Shown here: piece after piece, positions 10,903 through 19,619 of the stretch
How positions within the stretch are numbered: the first letter of the stretch is position 1
How the letters are laid out: each line of letters starts with the position of its first letter
IMG/VR virus record: IMGVR_UViG_3300030328_000649
Location: 1-55,100 of that record
Origin: a virus
Lineage: Duplodnaviria; Caudoviricetes
DNA: 55,100 nucleotides
Direction: 5' to 3' (one strand)
The notes under the pieces: generated by a model
The model's input: the letters and a program-made list of their open reading frames with translations, nothing else
Told to the model about the DNA's origin: nothing
Databases searched by the model: none
Translations under genes and position numbers: made by a program

Positions 10903-10931
10903 TTTACTTCTCCATTATATCAAATTAAAAG

Positions 10932-11780
10932 TTATTGTTTTACTACTCTGCCTTCGTGAATTGCTTTTCCGATTTCTTCTTCGTACTTGTCAAATTCAGC
11001 AATAGACATTGCAGCAATTTCCCGTTCAGTCCAAATTTTATCCTGCTTCGGTTCAACTGAAGTTGTTTTAGTTGAAACCATGTCAGCAGCAGATTTATTG
11101 GACTTTTTCTTTTTAGGCTTACTCGCTTCTGAAACTATACCCATATCACGTTTATATAAGTCTAATGCACGACTTGCAAGATCTCCATCATTAGCGTTAT
11201 CGTATATCCATTTTTGAATAGACTGTGGTTGCTCTTTTGCCCAATTATGAAATTCTTCACTATTGCGAATATCTTCAAAGTCAGGATGATTATCCAACAG
11301 TTTACCATGTGCTTCTTTAGCAATTAACTCTGCTTCACGTTCTTGTAGTTTAGACAATCGTTCTTCTAAAACTTTTGTTTGTTCTGAACTACGCATGTGT
11401 GCTACAGTTTCAACTACTTCATACACATCTGGATATTGTTCTTTAAACTTTTCTAAGTCTTCTTCAGATTTAGGAGCTTTATACTGAGGCATGTTTTTAG
11501 CTGCCTGTTCTAATAGTTCTTGTTCTCTAACTTTAAACTCATTAAGTTTAGAATCGTAATGTGTTTTTAAATCATCATATCTTTTTTTGTAATCAGGTTT
11601 ACTATAAGGTTTATCTTTAGTTTTCTGTTTACTTTGCTTGGGTTCTTCTTCTTGAGCCTCAACTTTAGGTTTAGGTTCTTCAAAAAATGCACCGTCAGCA
11701 GATACAAATTGTTTTTCATCTTGCTTGTGCCAGTCCTTATTAGCGTTATAAGGGTTTGCTTCTTTTGCTTGTGTTGCCAT
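10932..11780 (-). CDS. Capsid scaffolding protein
   Basis: Charged helical protein with YKKRYDDLK, HPDF and C-terminal AIHEGRV; immediately precedes the major capsid gene. Confidence 0.8.
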   Translation of the reverse strand: MATQAKEANPYNANKDWHKQDEKQFVSADGAFFEEPKPKVEAQEEEPKQSKQKTKDKPYSKPDYKKRYDDLKTHYDSKLNEFKVREQELLEQAAKNMPQYKAPKSEEDLEKFKEQYPDVYEVVETVAHMRSSEQTKVLEERLSKLQEREAELIAKEAHGKLLDNHPDFEDIRNSEEFHNWAKEQPQSIQKWIYDNANDGDLASRALDLYKRDMGIVSEASKPKKKKSNKSAADMVSTKTTSVEPKQDKIWTEREIAAMSIAEFDKYEEEIGKAIHEGRVVKQ

Positions 11781-11784
11781 ATCT

Positions 11785-11912
11785 TACTCCTACTCAGGGC
11801 TTTCTAAACAAAGTGGCTGCTAATGTCGACTTATGCAGGGTTTGTTTTTGTAAAGGTAGCCTTTCGGTTAATGTTGTGATAAAGGGCTTAGTAAACTAAG
11901 GTAGCTTTATCG
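11785..11912 (-). promoter_or_regulatory. Structured 5' leader of the scaffold gene with repeated internal-loop hairpins
   Basis: GATAAAG-CTAC-CTTAG-ttta-CTAAG-CC-CTTTATC plus two related units directly before the RBS. Confidence 0.6.
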
Positions 11913-11913
11913 T

Positions 11914-13188
11914 TTATCGCAATCGTGGATTTACAGAAAGCATGCTTCTTTTTATTTCTTCTGCGGTTAAATCTTCATCAATAGGTTTACCAAAACGGTC
12001 TACCTTTTTTTCGATTTCTCCACCCATTGCAACTCTTTGTCGATTATCACTAGCTTCTTCTGCGTCTTTCATCATGCGTTCTAAATTATCTGCACCAATT
12101 TCATCCGTAGCTTTAGCTGTCATAACAAACTCACCATCCGATAACCTTGCAGGTATCGAATCGGAGACCTCAGTACCTAAACCTTCAACAGGTCCAGATC
12201 CTGAAAATTCTGTAGCTGTGTCCATAATCTTATCAAAGATCATGCTTAATCTTTCATCAGCTTGTAATTGTTCCATTAGATACATTTCTTCTTCGTTATC
12301 TAATGATTCATTAATTATAAAATCTAAATGTTGATCTTCCATTTGATTATCTGGAAGCATATCCATTTCTTCTGTTTCTTCTGTAGGCATCATCATAGCA
12401 GTCATTTGACTGTCCATTTCTCCACCTTCTTGTTTTTGTTCTCTTTTAAATAATTCTTTTAAATCTAATATGTGTCCTTCTAATAACATATTTTGTAAAT
12501 GTGCTGCAACGTGTTTTGTATGACTTAAATCAGATTTAACTGAAGTAGTAGTTCTTCCTGTTGTTATACTTTTAGCACCTTCAAAACCCTCACGTTTATC
12601 TTCATAAGGTTTAAATAAAGTATCTTCAATATTTACACGCTCAACTCTTTGTCCTATTGTTTCAGGAGAATTTTTATCTGAAAAATCAAACCTTCCTTTA
12701 TCTTCAACTACAGTATGTCCTATAGCCTTATAAGGATCTACTTCATATTTTTGTAAATTTCCATCTGTATCCCAATACATTTCAGTAGTAGGTGTATTTT
12801 CTTTTTTTACATCTCCACCTTCTTGTTTTTGTTCTCGTTGGTTTTCAGCTATAAGTTTTTTTTCTGTTTCTCTTAAAATAGCTATTTGTTTTTCTCCATC
12901 TTTTTCAGATATAATTCCGTCTTCCATTCCTTTTAAGTAGTCGTTTATTTGTTTGCTTATAAGAGCAAGACTAGCAAAAGTCATACCACTTTGATCTTCT
13001 TTTTTTAAATTTTTGTAATATTCTTTTTCTTCATCAGTTATAATATCAGATACTTCGTTACCTTCCTGATATTTTTTTCTTTTTTCTTTTTCCCTATCTT
13101 TTCCCACTATTGGATTAACACTTACCGCTACTCCAACAAGGTCAAGATCATCCATTTCTTTTTCTATTTTTTTCTTTTTCTTTGCCAT
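11914..13188 (-). CDS. Hypothetical head-module protein with KQEGG repeats and an SDSIPARLSDGEFV motif
   Basis: 424-aa ORF between portal and scaffold; contains an internal 25-bp direct repeat. Confidence 0.7.
   Translation of the reverse strand: MAKKKKKIEKEMDDLDLVGVAVSVNPIVGKDREKEKRKKYQEGNEVSDIITDEEKEYYKNLKKEDQSGMTFASLALISKQINDYLKGMEDGIISEKDGEKQIAILRETEKKLIAENQREQKQEGGDVKKENTPTTEMYWDTDGNLQKYEVDPYKAIGHTVVEDKGRFDFSDKNSPETIGQRVERVNIEDTLFKPYEDKREGFEGAKSITTGRTTTSVKSDLSHTKHVAAHLQNMLLEGHILDLKELFKREQKQEGGEMDSQMTAMMMPTEETEEMDMLPDNQMEDQHLDFIINESLDNEEEMYLMEQLQADERLSMIFDKIMDTATEFSGSGPVEGLGTEVSDSIPARLSDGEFVMTAKATDEIGADNLERMMKDAEEASDNRQRVAMGGEIEKKVDRFGKPIDEDLTAEEIKRSMLSVNPRLR
12419..12836. repeat. 25-bp identical direct repeat (12419-12443 and 12812-12836)
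   Basis: TCTCCACCTTCTTGTTTTTGTTCTC occurs twice, in frame, 393 bp apart. Confidence 0.9.
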
Positions 13189-13415
13189 TAGTTATTCTCT
13201 TTTAAGCTTAGTTTAACCTGTTCTGGTAGGTGGAGCAACCGTTCCAGAGAACTGATCCTCCCCTGACTGCGGTACATTTCCAATTCCGATGTTGCCACCG
13301 CCAGTACCTGTAACTCCAAGTTCTTGAGGTGCTTGAGGTACTCCTCCACCGCCTCCCATTGTTTGGGGTTGTTGACTATTGGGTTGAGCTTCTTCGCTTG
13401 TGTTTTGTCCAGCAT
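13188..13415 (-). CDS. Small helical protein overprinted on the 3' end of the portal gene
   Basis: 75 aa (…ELEMYRSQGRISSLERLLHL…), with its stop coupled (TAATG) to the next gene. Confidence 0.65.
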   Translation of the reverse strand: MLDKTQAKKLNPIVNNPKQWEAVEEYLKHLKNLELQVLAVATSELEMYRSQGRISSLERLLHLPEQVKLSLKENN

Positions 13416-15420
13416 TTTGCATACCTATTATTTGTGCCATAATAGCTGCTTCTTCTGGATCATTAAGAATCTCATCAGGATCTAAATCTAAGCTATAGGC
13501 TAGTTCACTTACTAATTTAGAAATCTTAACAAAAGGAGCAATAGCAGGACTTTGTGCAGTTTGTAAAAACATAGTCAGTCTTTGACTTCTTACTTCTTTT
13601 TGCATCAAGCTATTCGTTCCAGTAGCTTTAACTTCTAAATCACCTTTAACATCTATATCACCTTCAAAGAATTGCATATTCCATTGGAAGTATGCTTCGC
13701 CTAGAGGTTTTAATAAAAAATCATCTAGGTTTTTAACAACTGTTTTAATGTTTAAACTTGCTGCGCCTAACAACATTGACATACCTGATGCAGTTCTTGT
13801 CATACTTTGAACACCTGTTTGTCCGTGACTGTAACTAGGTAATCCAGTTTGTTCATCTGCAAGTTGTCTAAACTTGTCAAACATCATCATGTTTTCGTTT
13901 GCTGTATTAGGAAACTTTAAACCGTAGATTGATTGTCCTGCCATTCCTGCTTGTCTACGGAAAACTTTTCCCGGATATATATCCATTGATTGTCCGCCTA
14001 CTAAAGCAGACTCGTCTATGTCAAATACAATCGAACCAGAAAGAGCTAAGTTATCAATAGCCATTCTAGCGTGTCCGTTCATTATTTGCTGACTATCATC
14101 CATGTTCTCAGCAACACCAATACCAAAGAAGTTATATGGATTTCTTTCGTATGGAAAAGCATGATAAGGAATACGATAAGGAGTAAAAGGATTTATAACT
14201 GCTCTTAATAGTTTATTACCTGTTACCCAAGCATTAACTTGTACTTCATCTAAATCGTCTACACTATCTGGAAGATCTATTCCAACTTCTCTTGCGTATT
14301 CGGCATCCATAATACCCCAATACTCAAGAACTTCATAGTTAGAATTATATTCTTCTTCTGTTCTAGAATTATCTTTTAACTGTTGTTCAAAATCTTTTTC
14401 TTCGTAGTTTGCTCCCATCTTTAAACATTCTCTGATTGCATCTTCGTCAAAGTATGGCATGTTACGCAACTGTCTAAGCTGACTACGGTTTAGTTTATGT
14501 CGATGAATTACATACTCACATTCATCCATATTAGTTGCTGCAGGATCAGGATAAAAATCCCAACAACTTACAAATTCTATTCTTGGTACTCTAACCTCTA
14601 AAGGATTATATTCTCTTTCACCTTCTTCGTTATCAGTCCAACGACTTAAAGTTTTGTTAAAATTAAATGGTCCTTTAACAATTCCTGTACCTAACAACGC
14701 AGATTCAAGAAGTGCGTTTCTTATTTCAGATGATCCGTTTGATTCTTCTATTTGATCATGTACTAATTTTTCTAATCGTCTTGCAGCTTTCTGTGCAGGA
14801 CTTACTTCAAGAGCTTGAGGATTAGGACTAAATCCTTCAACTAACATATCTTCTGCTTGATTTTCTACACTATCTGTAAAGACTCCTTTACCAAACGTAG
14901 CTCCAGCTTTTAAAGTTTTACCATCTCCTTCATATCCAATATCATAAGGATTATCTTCTTGAGGAGGATCTTCAAGTCTGTTACCAATATTATCAGGAAG
15001 AGAAGTTTCAATTCCTTGCATTGGATTTTGTGTATCTAAATGTGCAGAAGCATATTCACCTTCAGGTACTTTAGTTTCTGAAATACCTATAGGAAACTTA
15101 CCAGTTCCAAATATAACATCTACTAACTGACCAAATGCAGCAAGTACTTTTGTTTTTGTAACCTTTACAAAGACTCTAGATTTTTCAGACTCTCTAAACT
15201 TAACAGACTTAGCATACAGTCCTCTATAGTTTTCGTATGCTTTTAACCATCTACGCTCATCTGTTTGTCTAGCATCTTCAGCTTGTTGAAATCTATCTTT
15301 AATAACACCAACAAGGTTTGTCTGTTGACTCATTTCTAAGTCAAGAATTTTACCAGCTTCACCTTCAACATCTTCATAAATGTTGTCTGCGTTTAAAAAA
15401 GTATTTTCTTTTTCTGCCAT
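13213..15420 (-). CDS. Portal protein
   Basis: Follows terL; GTGIVKGP, FYPDP, GIGVAENM, RTASGMSML. Start probably MAEKEN at 15420; the ORF track starts it at 15426. Confidence 0.9.
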   Translation of the reverse strand: MAEKENTFLNADNIYEDVEGEAGKILDLEMSQQTNLVGVIKDRFQQAEDARQTDERRWLKAYENYRGLYAKSVKFRESEKSRVFVKVTKTKVLAAFGQLVDVIFGTGKFPIGISETKVPEGEYASAHLDTQNPMQGIETSLPDNIGNRLEDPPQEDNPYDIGYEGDGKTLKAGATFGKGVFTDSVENQAEDMLVEGFSPNPQALEVSPAQKAARRLEKLVHDQIEESNGSSEIRNALLESALLGTGIVKGPFNFNKTLSRWTDNEEGEREYNPLEVRVPRIEFVSCWDFYPDPAATNMDECEYVIHRHKLNRSQLRQLRNMPYFDEDAIRECLKMGANYEEKDFEQQLKDNSRTEEEYNSNYEVLEYWGIMDAEYAREVGIDLPDSVDDLDEVQVNAWVTGNKLLRAVINPFTPYRIPYHAFPYERNPYNFFGIGVAENMDDSQQIMNGHARMAIDNLALSGSIVFDIDESALVGGQSMDIYPGKVFRRQAGMAGQSIYGLKFPNTANENMMMFDKFRQLADEQTGLPSYSHGQTGVQSMTRTASGMSMLLGAASLNIKTVVKNLDDFLLKPLGEAYFQWNMQFFEGDIDVKGDLEVKATGTNSLMQKEVRSQRLTMFLQTAQSPAIAPFVKISKLVSELAYSLDLDPDEILNDPEEAAIMAQIIGMQNAGQNTSEEAQPNSQQPQTMGGGGGVPQAPQELGVTGTGGGNIGIGNVPQSGEDQFSGTVAPPTRTG

Positions 15421-15422
15421 AT

Positions 15423-17105
15423 TCAATAACCAAAGGTTGTGTCAGAAGGTGCGTACATTTCTCGTTTTAAATCTCGTATTCTTTGAAACGGATTTAACAC
15501 TCTCGGTCTACTCATAATCATATAACGTAAAGCATCATAAGCGTGATCCGAAGCATGAGTATCCACATCCTCTGGATTTGTTTTTGATAATGGTATACTT
15601 TGTAACTCTCTTATTAAGTTAGGACAAGTATTAAATATTTGTAACTTAGGTCTACCACTATCTGTAATTTTTAAAAATTCGTGTATTTGAATTTTTCCTT
15701 GTACTCTGTTCTTATCTGCTCTTCTTAACTTATGTCCTGCGCGAACAAGAGCTTCTCCTACTGTTGGTCCTGTAGTACCTGTTTTAGCCCACGCAGCAGT
15801 ATCTAAAACACCAGAAACAGAAAAAGGATCTTCAAGTTCCATATCTGTTATTATACTGCCTAATTCCTCTCCTGTCAAGCCTTTTCTGTATAATTCTCGA
15901 TAAATTATTAAAGTTCCATCGTTAATATCTAAAATTCCCCATAAACAACAGCTTTCAGAGGCATAGCCGTAGTCAATTCCTTTTACTCTTTCCCATCCTA
16001 TAGGTAGTTTAAATGGAGGAATTACATGGACTTGCGGATCAAATTCTACAAAAGCAGCACCTTCAGCTACATCCCAATTACCTTCAAGTAGTTGTCTACG
16101 TTGAATAGGTGGTAAAGACTTAAGCATTTGCTCATAGATACCATCTTCCGCAAGATAAGGATTATCCGCAAGTTTTGCAGGAATAAACTTCCTAGTTAAT
16201 CCATCGTTACCTTTGAAACCTGTATTATGTTCTGAAGGTTCTATGTATCTTCTCTTTACCCATTGCGAACCTACACCGCCCGGATTTGCTGTGCAGCGTA
16301 GGTATGTTTGTATTTCAGGATCAGTTGTACGAAGTCGGGAAGCTAAATAGTTCCAACTAAACTCTGTAGGTAGGTGGGTTATTTCATCAAAACCAATCCA
16401 ACTATATGCTTGACCTTGATAACGATATACATCTGCATCTCTTTCAAGGAAGCCGAACTCTACCTTTGCACCACTTGGAAAGTTCCAAAGCTTTTCAACT
16501 TCACGAAACTTAGCTCCTTTAAATGCAAGAGGATATAGTTCTCTGGATTTGTCAATCATCTCGCGCAGTTCTGGCATAGAACGTCTAAGAATTAATGCGC
16601 GATGAGCTTTCTTATGTGCGTACCGTAGTGGATCAATCAACATTGCGTATGATTTACCACCACCAGCAGCACCACCATAAAGCACATCCTTCTCGCCTGC
16701 AGCGAGGAAATCAGTCTGTGGACCTTCATTAGGATGGAATAATACATTTTGTTCAGGTATTATTTCTTGTACAGCTTTAGGCAGTTCTTCTAGTTCTGAA
16801 GACGTAACAACGTGATCCGTCTTATCGGAAAGCTTATTTATTGTATTGGTTGTGGCTTTGTAAGACTTTCTAGCGTTGTTAAGCTTCTGTTCTAGTTTTT
16901 TTATATTTTTTTTCTTACGAGCTATTTTACGATGTACAGCGTATTTAGCTTTTTGACTACTGGAAATATTGTAACTTCCACCTGATCCTTTAGGTCTACC
17001 TGCTTTTAAACGTGGTGTACCATCTTTCTTACGAACAAAGTTACCTTCATCATCTTGCAAGTAACGATCTGGATTCAGTTCCCAATCTTTCGCTTCTTTT
17101 TCCAT
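15423..17105 (-). CDS. terL: Terminase large subunit with an N-terminal extension
   Basis: Walker A YGGAAGGGKS, Walker B IGFDE, TANPGG, nuclease GIDYG and DHAYDALRY. Confidence 0.95.
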   Translation of the reverse strand: MEKEAKDWELNPDRYLQDDEGNFVRKKDGTPRLKAGRPKGSGGSYNISSSQKAKYAVHRKIARKKKNIKKLEQKLNNARKSYKATTNTINKLSDKTDHVVTSSELEELPKAVQEIIPEQNVLFHPNEGPQTDFLAAGEKDVLYGGAAGGGKSYAMLIDPLRYAHKKAHRALILRRSMPELREMIDKSRELYPLAFKGAKFREVEKLWNFPSGAKVEFGFLERDADVYRYQGQAYSWIGFDEITHLPTEFSWNYLASRLRTTDPEIQTYLRCTANPGGVGSQWVKRRYIEPSEHNTGFKGNDGLTRKFIPAKLADNPYLAEDGIYEQMLKSLPPIQRRQLLEGNWDVAEGAAFVEFDPQVHVIPPFKLPIGWERVKGIDYGYASESCCLWGILDINDGTLIIYRELYRKGLTGEELGSIITDMELEDPFSVSGVLDTAAWAKTGTTGPTVGEALVRAGHKLRRADKNRVQGKIQIHEFLKITDSGRPKLQIFNTCPNLIRELQSIPLSKTNPEDVDTHASDHAYDALRYMIMSRPRVLNPFQRIRDLKREMYAPSDTTFGY

Positions 17106-17337
17106 ACTTTTTATCTATGTGTTTTTTAAGTCCTGCTCTAGACATACTTCGATCAGTCTTATATTCTAACCAATCTACTGCTTCTTGAAGAGATATTTCA
17201 TCATCAATGATCATCTTCTCAACTATTTCAAGAGCATCTATTTGTTCTGGTATAGGTTTTAAGTATCTTGATTCAAGATCTATTTCATAACCAAAAGGAA
17301 TAGTTGAACTAGCACGTTTGATATATCCGTTTTCCAT
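17050..17337 (-). CDS. Small putative DNA-binding protein
   Basis: STIPFGY followed by a helical HTH-like segment; lies in the packaging module. Confidence 0.6.
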   Translation of the reverse strand: MENGYIKRASSTIPFGYEIDLESRYLKPIPEQIDALEIVEKMIIDDEISLQEAVDWLEYKTDRSMSRAGLKKHIDKKYGKRSERLGTESRSLLAR

Positions 17338-17338
17338 G

Positions 17339-17449
17339 TTATTTTAGTTTTAGTTTTGATTTGAGTTTTTCATATAGTTCAGGTTTTTTTCTTTTAACAA
17401 AAACAACTGCAACTATAGCGATGAAACCAAGTATAATTATAGCATCCAT
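17339..17449 (-). CDS. Small single-pass membrane protein (36 aa)
   Basis: MDAIIILGFIAIVAVVFVKRKKPELYEKLKSKLKLK; GAGGAG RBS; fills the gap. Confidence 0.6.
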   Translation of the reverse strand: MDAIIILGFIAIVAVVFVKRKKPELYEKLKSKLKLK

Positions 17450-17451
17450 AA

Positions 17452-17883
17452 TCAATCTTCCTCCTCTGTTATATTACTAAAGTCTGCATCTTCTATTACT
17501 ACTGTCTGTTTCTCAGGTAATATAAAGATTCCCCCTTGTACATTATGATCTACTTGTACGCGGTCTGTCTTAGCAACACCTACTCTATCAAGAATCGTCT
17601 GTGCTGCATTTAACTTTTGACTTGCTTGAGGGATTGGTTTGTTGCTGTCTATCATTTCTACTAATTTAAACGCTGCTTTAGGTGCTGAACGAGCAAGTAC
17701 ATCTGAAGCCAAATCGACTACTTCTTCTTTTAATGATTTTAGTACTTGATAGTGATTGCCTGAGTACCCTGCAAGTTCTGCTGACTTTTTAAAATCGCCT
17801 TCGGTAGCGACTAGATTATCTAGAAATGATTTTTGTTTCTCAGTAAGATTACGATTGTTTTTCTTTTCGGGTATTAAATTCAT
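17452..17883 (-). CDS. Putative terminase small subunit
   Basis: LTEKQKSFLD...SAELAGYS HTH and AAQTILDRVG. Start at ATG 17883, since the longer ORF start lies inside the promoter. Confidence 0.7.
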   Translation of the reverse strand: MNLIPEKKNNRNLTEKQKSFLDNLVATEGDFKKSAELAGYSGNHYQVLKSLKEEVVDLASDVLARSAPKAAFKLVEMIDSNKPIPQASQKLNAAQTILDRVGVAKTDRVQVDHNVQGGIFILPEKQTVVIEDADFSNITEEED

Positions 17884-17893
17884 AATAACTTCT

Positions 17894-17922
17894 ATTATAG
17901 GGTTACTTTTACAGTTTGTCAA
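17894..17922 (-). promoter_or_regulatory. Consensus sigma70 promoter for the packaging/structural arm
   Basis: TTGACA-17 nt-TATAAT on the minus strand. Confidence 0.85.
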
Positions 17923-17945
17923 GTTATTTATTTTTTATTTAGGAC

Positions 17946-17974
17946 TTGACAAATGTGAAAATAAACTGTATAAT
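17946..17974 (+). promoter_or_regulatory. Consensus sigma70 promoter, divergent from the previous one
   Basis: TTGACA-17 nt-TATAAT. Confidence 0.85.
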
Positions 17975-17980
17975 AAAACT

Positions 17981-18093
17981 ATGCCCAGAGGGTTGCAACA
18001 CCTAACAGACCTGACAAATAAATAGGTCTTATAGCGCGGATAACGCTTGTCGAATATAGCAGTATAATAGTCAATTATTATATTGCTTTTTTT
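17981..18093 (+). ncRNA. Candidate ~110-nt small RNA
   Basis: Bounded by a perfect promoter and an intrinsic terminator; internal hairpin AGACCT...AGGTCT; only a 14-codon ORF inside. Confidence 0.55.
18058..18093 (+). terminator. Intrinsic terminator
   Basis: AGCAGTATAATAG-TCAA-TTATTATATTGCT followed by a T run. Confidence 0.7.
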
Positions 18094-18344
18094 ATGTTCA
18101 CGCGCAACTGGTTGACACTTGAAAAGTTTGTGAAATGTATGTATTTTATATTATAGCCCACCCTACCCCCATGCCGACCTGCCTACCCTTGTCACAATCT
18201 CTCTAATTTTTACAATAGTTACAGCCACTTTCAGACTCTACAATTTTCAAAGACTCTGCAAGGCTTGCTAATACTGGCATAGCGTGGACAAGTGATAGAG
18301 ATTGTCAAAATCAAGTTAACGATTTTCAAAATAACAATGAAATA

Positions 18345-18369
18345 AAACTAGTTATTGATAACTACTTTG
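18345..18369. promoter_or_regulatory. Palindromic operator-like site, copy 1
   Basis: AAACTAGTTAT-TG-ATAACTACTTT; recurs at 19455 and 21064. Confidence 0.6.
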
Positions 18370-18556
18370 CCAACGCTAAAAAATAAAAAAATATTTTCTT
18401 GATGTACATATCTATTTATGAGACAATTTCAATAAGTCGGGGAAGTTGACCGCATTTTCGTTAGATAGCGAATTAAAAACCGCAAGGATTGCAACCAAAG
18501 TATCGAAGCATAGCAGGGCAGGTATGTATCAAGCATTGAGTTTAGACGGCTCAATT

Positions 18557-19279
18557 GATTAATTGATATAAGATTTGCGGAGCTTCTCAATGTCCACAGG
18601 GCAAAGGAAAAATCAAAATGAATAAAACTCAATTTGAAAAGGAAGCAAAACAAATAGCCACAAAAATATGTGAGTATGCGCGTGGCGAAGTTACTATCAA
18701 AAATGCGAAAGGAAAAATTGAAGATATGGCGCTAGCGCTTTTGAATTCAATCTATTCTTTGAAAGGCATCACAAGCATTGAATCAGCGATTGTGAAATTG
18801 TGCGATATGCAAATTCATATGGATATCAACAACCCTCTTGATAAGCAAAGATACATGGCAGGCAGGGCGAAGATATCGAGCGACGATGAAATTGTGTCAG
18901 CGCGATCCGATAAACGCACCGCAATAGCCTCAGTCTATAAAAAGGCATTCTCTTCAGCGAAGAGGGCGCGAGATTGGGATATTGATTGTAGGGAATTCGA
19001 TTCCGTTAAAAAGCTCAATGAGAGTATCGAGCTTGCGAAGGTTATTGAGGCATTTGTCGAGGAGCTTGATGAAGTAACTAAGGACTTCACTAAAAACGTG
19101 AAAACAATTCGTAACGCAGGCAATAAGGCTGATTGCGAAAAGGCAACGTCAGTAATTCGTAGAGCAATGATTGCGTTGCGAACTACTGAAGTTAAAGCGA
19201 CAAAAGTAAGCACTAAAAAATCAGCTACTACTAAAGTAGCTTAATGTAATAAGCTCCGCAGGTCTTATATGAATTAATC
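18557..19279. repeat. 29-bp inverted repeat pair (18557-18585 / 19251-19279) flanking one gene
   Basis: GATTAATTGATATAAGATTTGCGGAGCTT versus AAGCTCCGCAGGTCTTATATGAATTAATC: 26/29 Watson-Crick, and two of the three mismatches are U.G. Confidence 0.85.
18618..19244 (+). CDS. Hypothetical first early protein (208 aa, helical, Lys/Ala-rich tail)
   Basis: Long ORF with an AAGGA RBS and its own terminator. Confidence 0.75.
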   Translation: MNKTQFEKEAKQIATKICEYARGEVTIKNAKGKIEDMALALLNSIYSLKGITSIESAIVKLCDMQIHMDINNPLDKQRYMAGRAKISSDDEIVSARSDKRTAIASVYKKAFSSAKRARDWDIDCREFDSVKKLNESIELAKVIEAFVEELDEVTKDFTKNVKTIRNAGNKADCEKATSVIRRAMIALRTTEVKATKVSTKKSATTKVA

Positions 19280-19289
19280 TACAGCTTAT

Positions 19290-19333
19290 AAAGCACGCGC
19301 AAAAACTCCCCCAATTTTGCGTGTGCTTTTTTT
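19290..19333 (+). terminator. Intrinsic terminator
   Basis: AAAGCACGCGCAAAA...TTTTGCGTGTGCTTT stem followed by a long T tract. Confidence 0.8.
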
Positions 19334-19454
19334 ATTTTTTATATTTTTTTATTTAGGAATGAGAAGTCGAGAAATGAGAGGAAATAAAATTTTATATCAT
19401 TGACTTCTTACCCTAGATATGAGACTATAATGGTATGTGCGCAAGCACTAAATG

Positions 19455-19479
19455 AAACTAGTTATTAATAACTACTTTG
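19455..19479. promoter_or_regulatory. Palindromic operator-like site, copy 2
   Basis: AAACTAGTTAT-TA-ATAACTACTTT just upstream of an RBS. Confidence 0.6.
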
Positions 19480-19494
19480 AAAAGAGAGGAAAAT

Positions 19495-19605
19495 ATGACA
19501 AGACGCAGACAGAAAAATTTAGAATCAGAATTACGAGCTTACAAATACTTAAGTTTATTTGTGTTAGGTTTTTGTATTGGATTTTATGTTTCAAAATTCT
19601 TTTAA
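19495..19605 (+). CDS. Small membrane protein (36 aa)
   Basis: GAGAGGA RBS; MTRRRQKNLESELRAYKYLSLFVLGFCIGFYVSKFF. Confidence 0.55.
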   Translation: MTRRRQKNLESELRAYKYLSLFVLGFCIGFYVSKFF

Positions 19606-19619
19606 TATGAGAGGTGCGT

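Noticed and set aside
936-12334. Plus-strand ORFs opposite structural genes (e.g. 936, 2836, 3676, 4759, 11942)
   Set aside because: They are antisense shadows of repetitive, codon-biased genes and show no recognisable motifs.
18557-19279. Retron a1/a2 repeats or an IS element
   Set aside because: No RT or transposase motifs in the enclosed ORF or nearby, and no target-site duplication was seen.
19400-19431. Sigma70 promoter TTGACT...TATAAT
   Set aside because: The spacer is 20 nt, too long to call with confidence.
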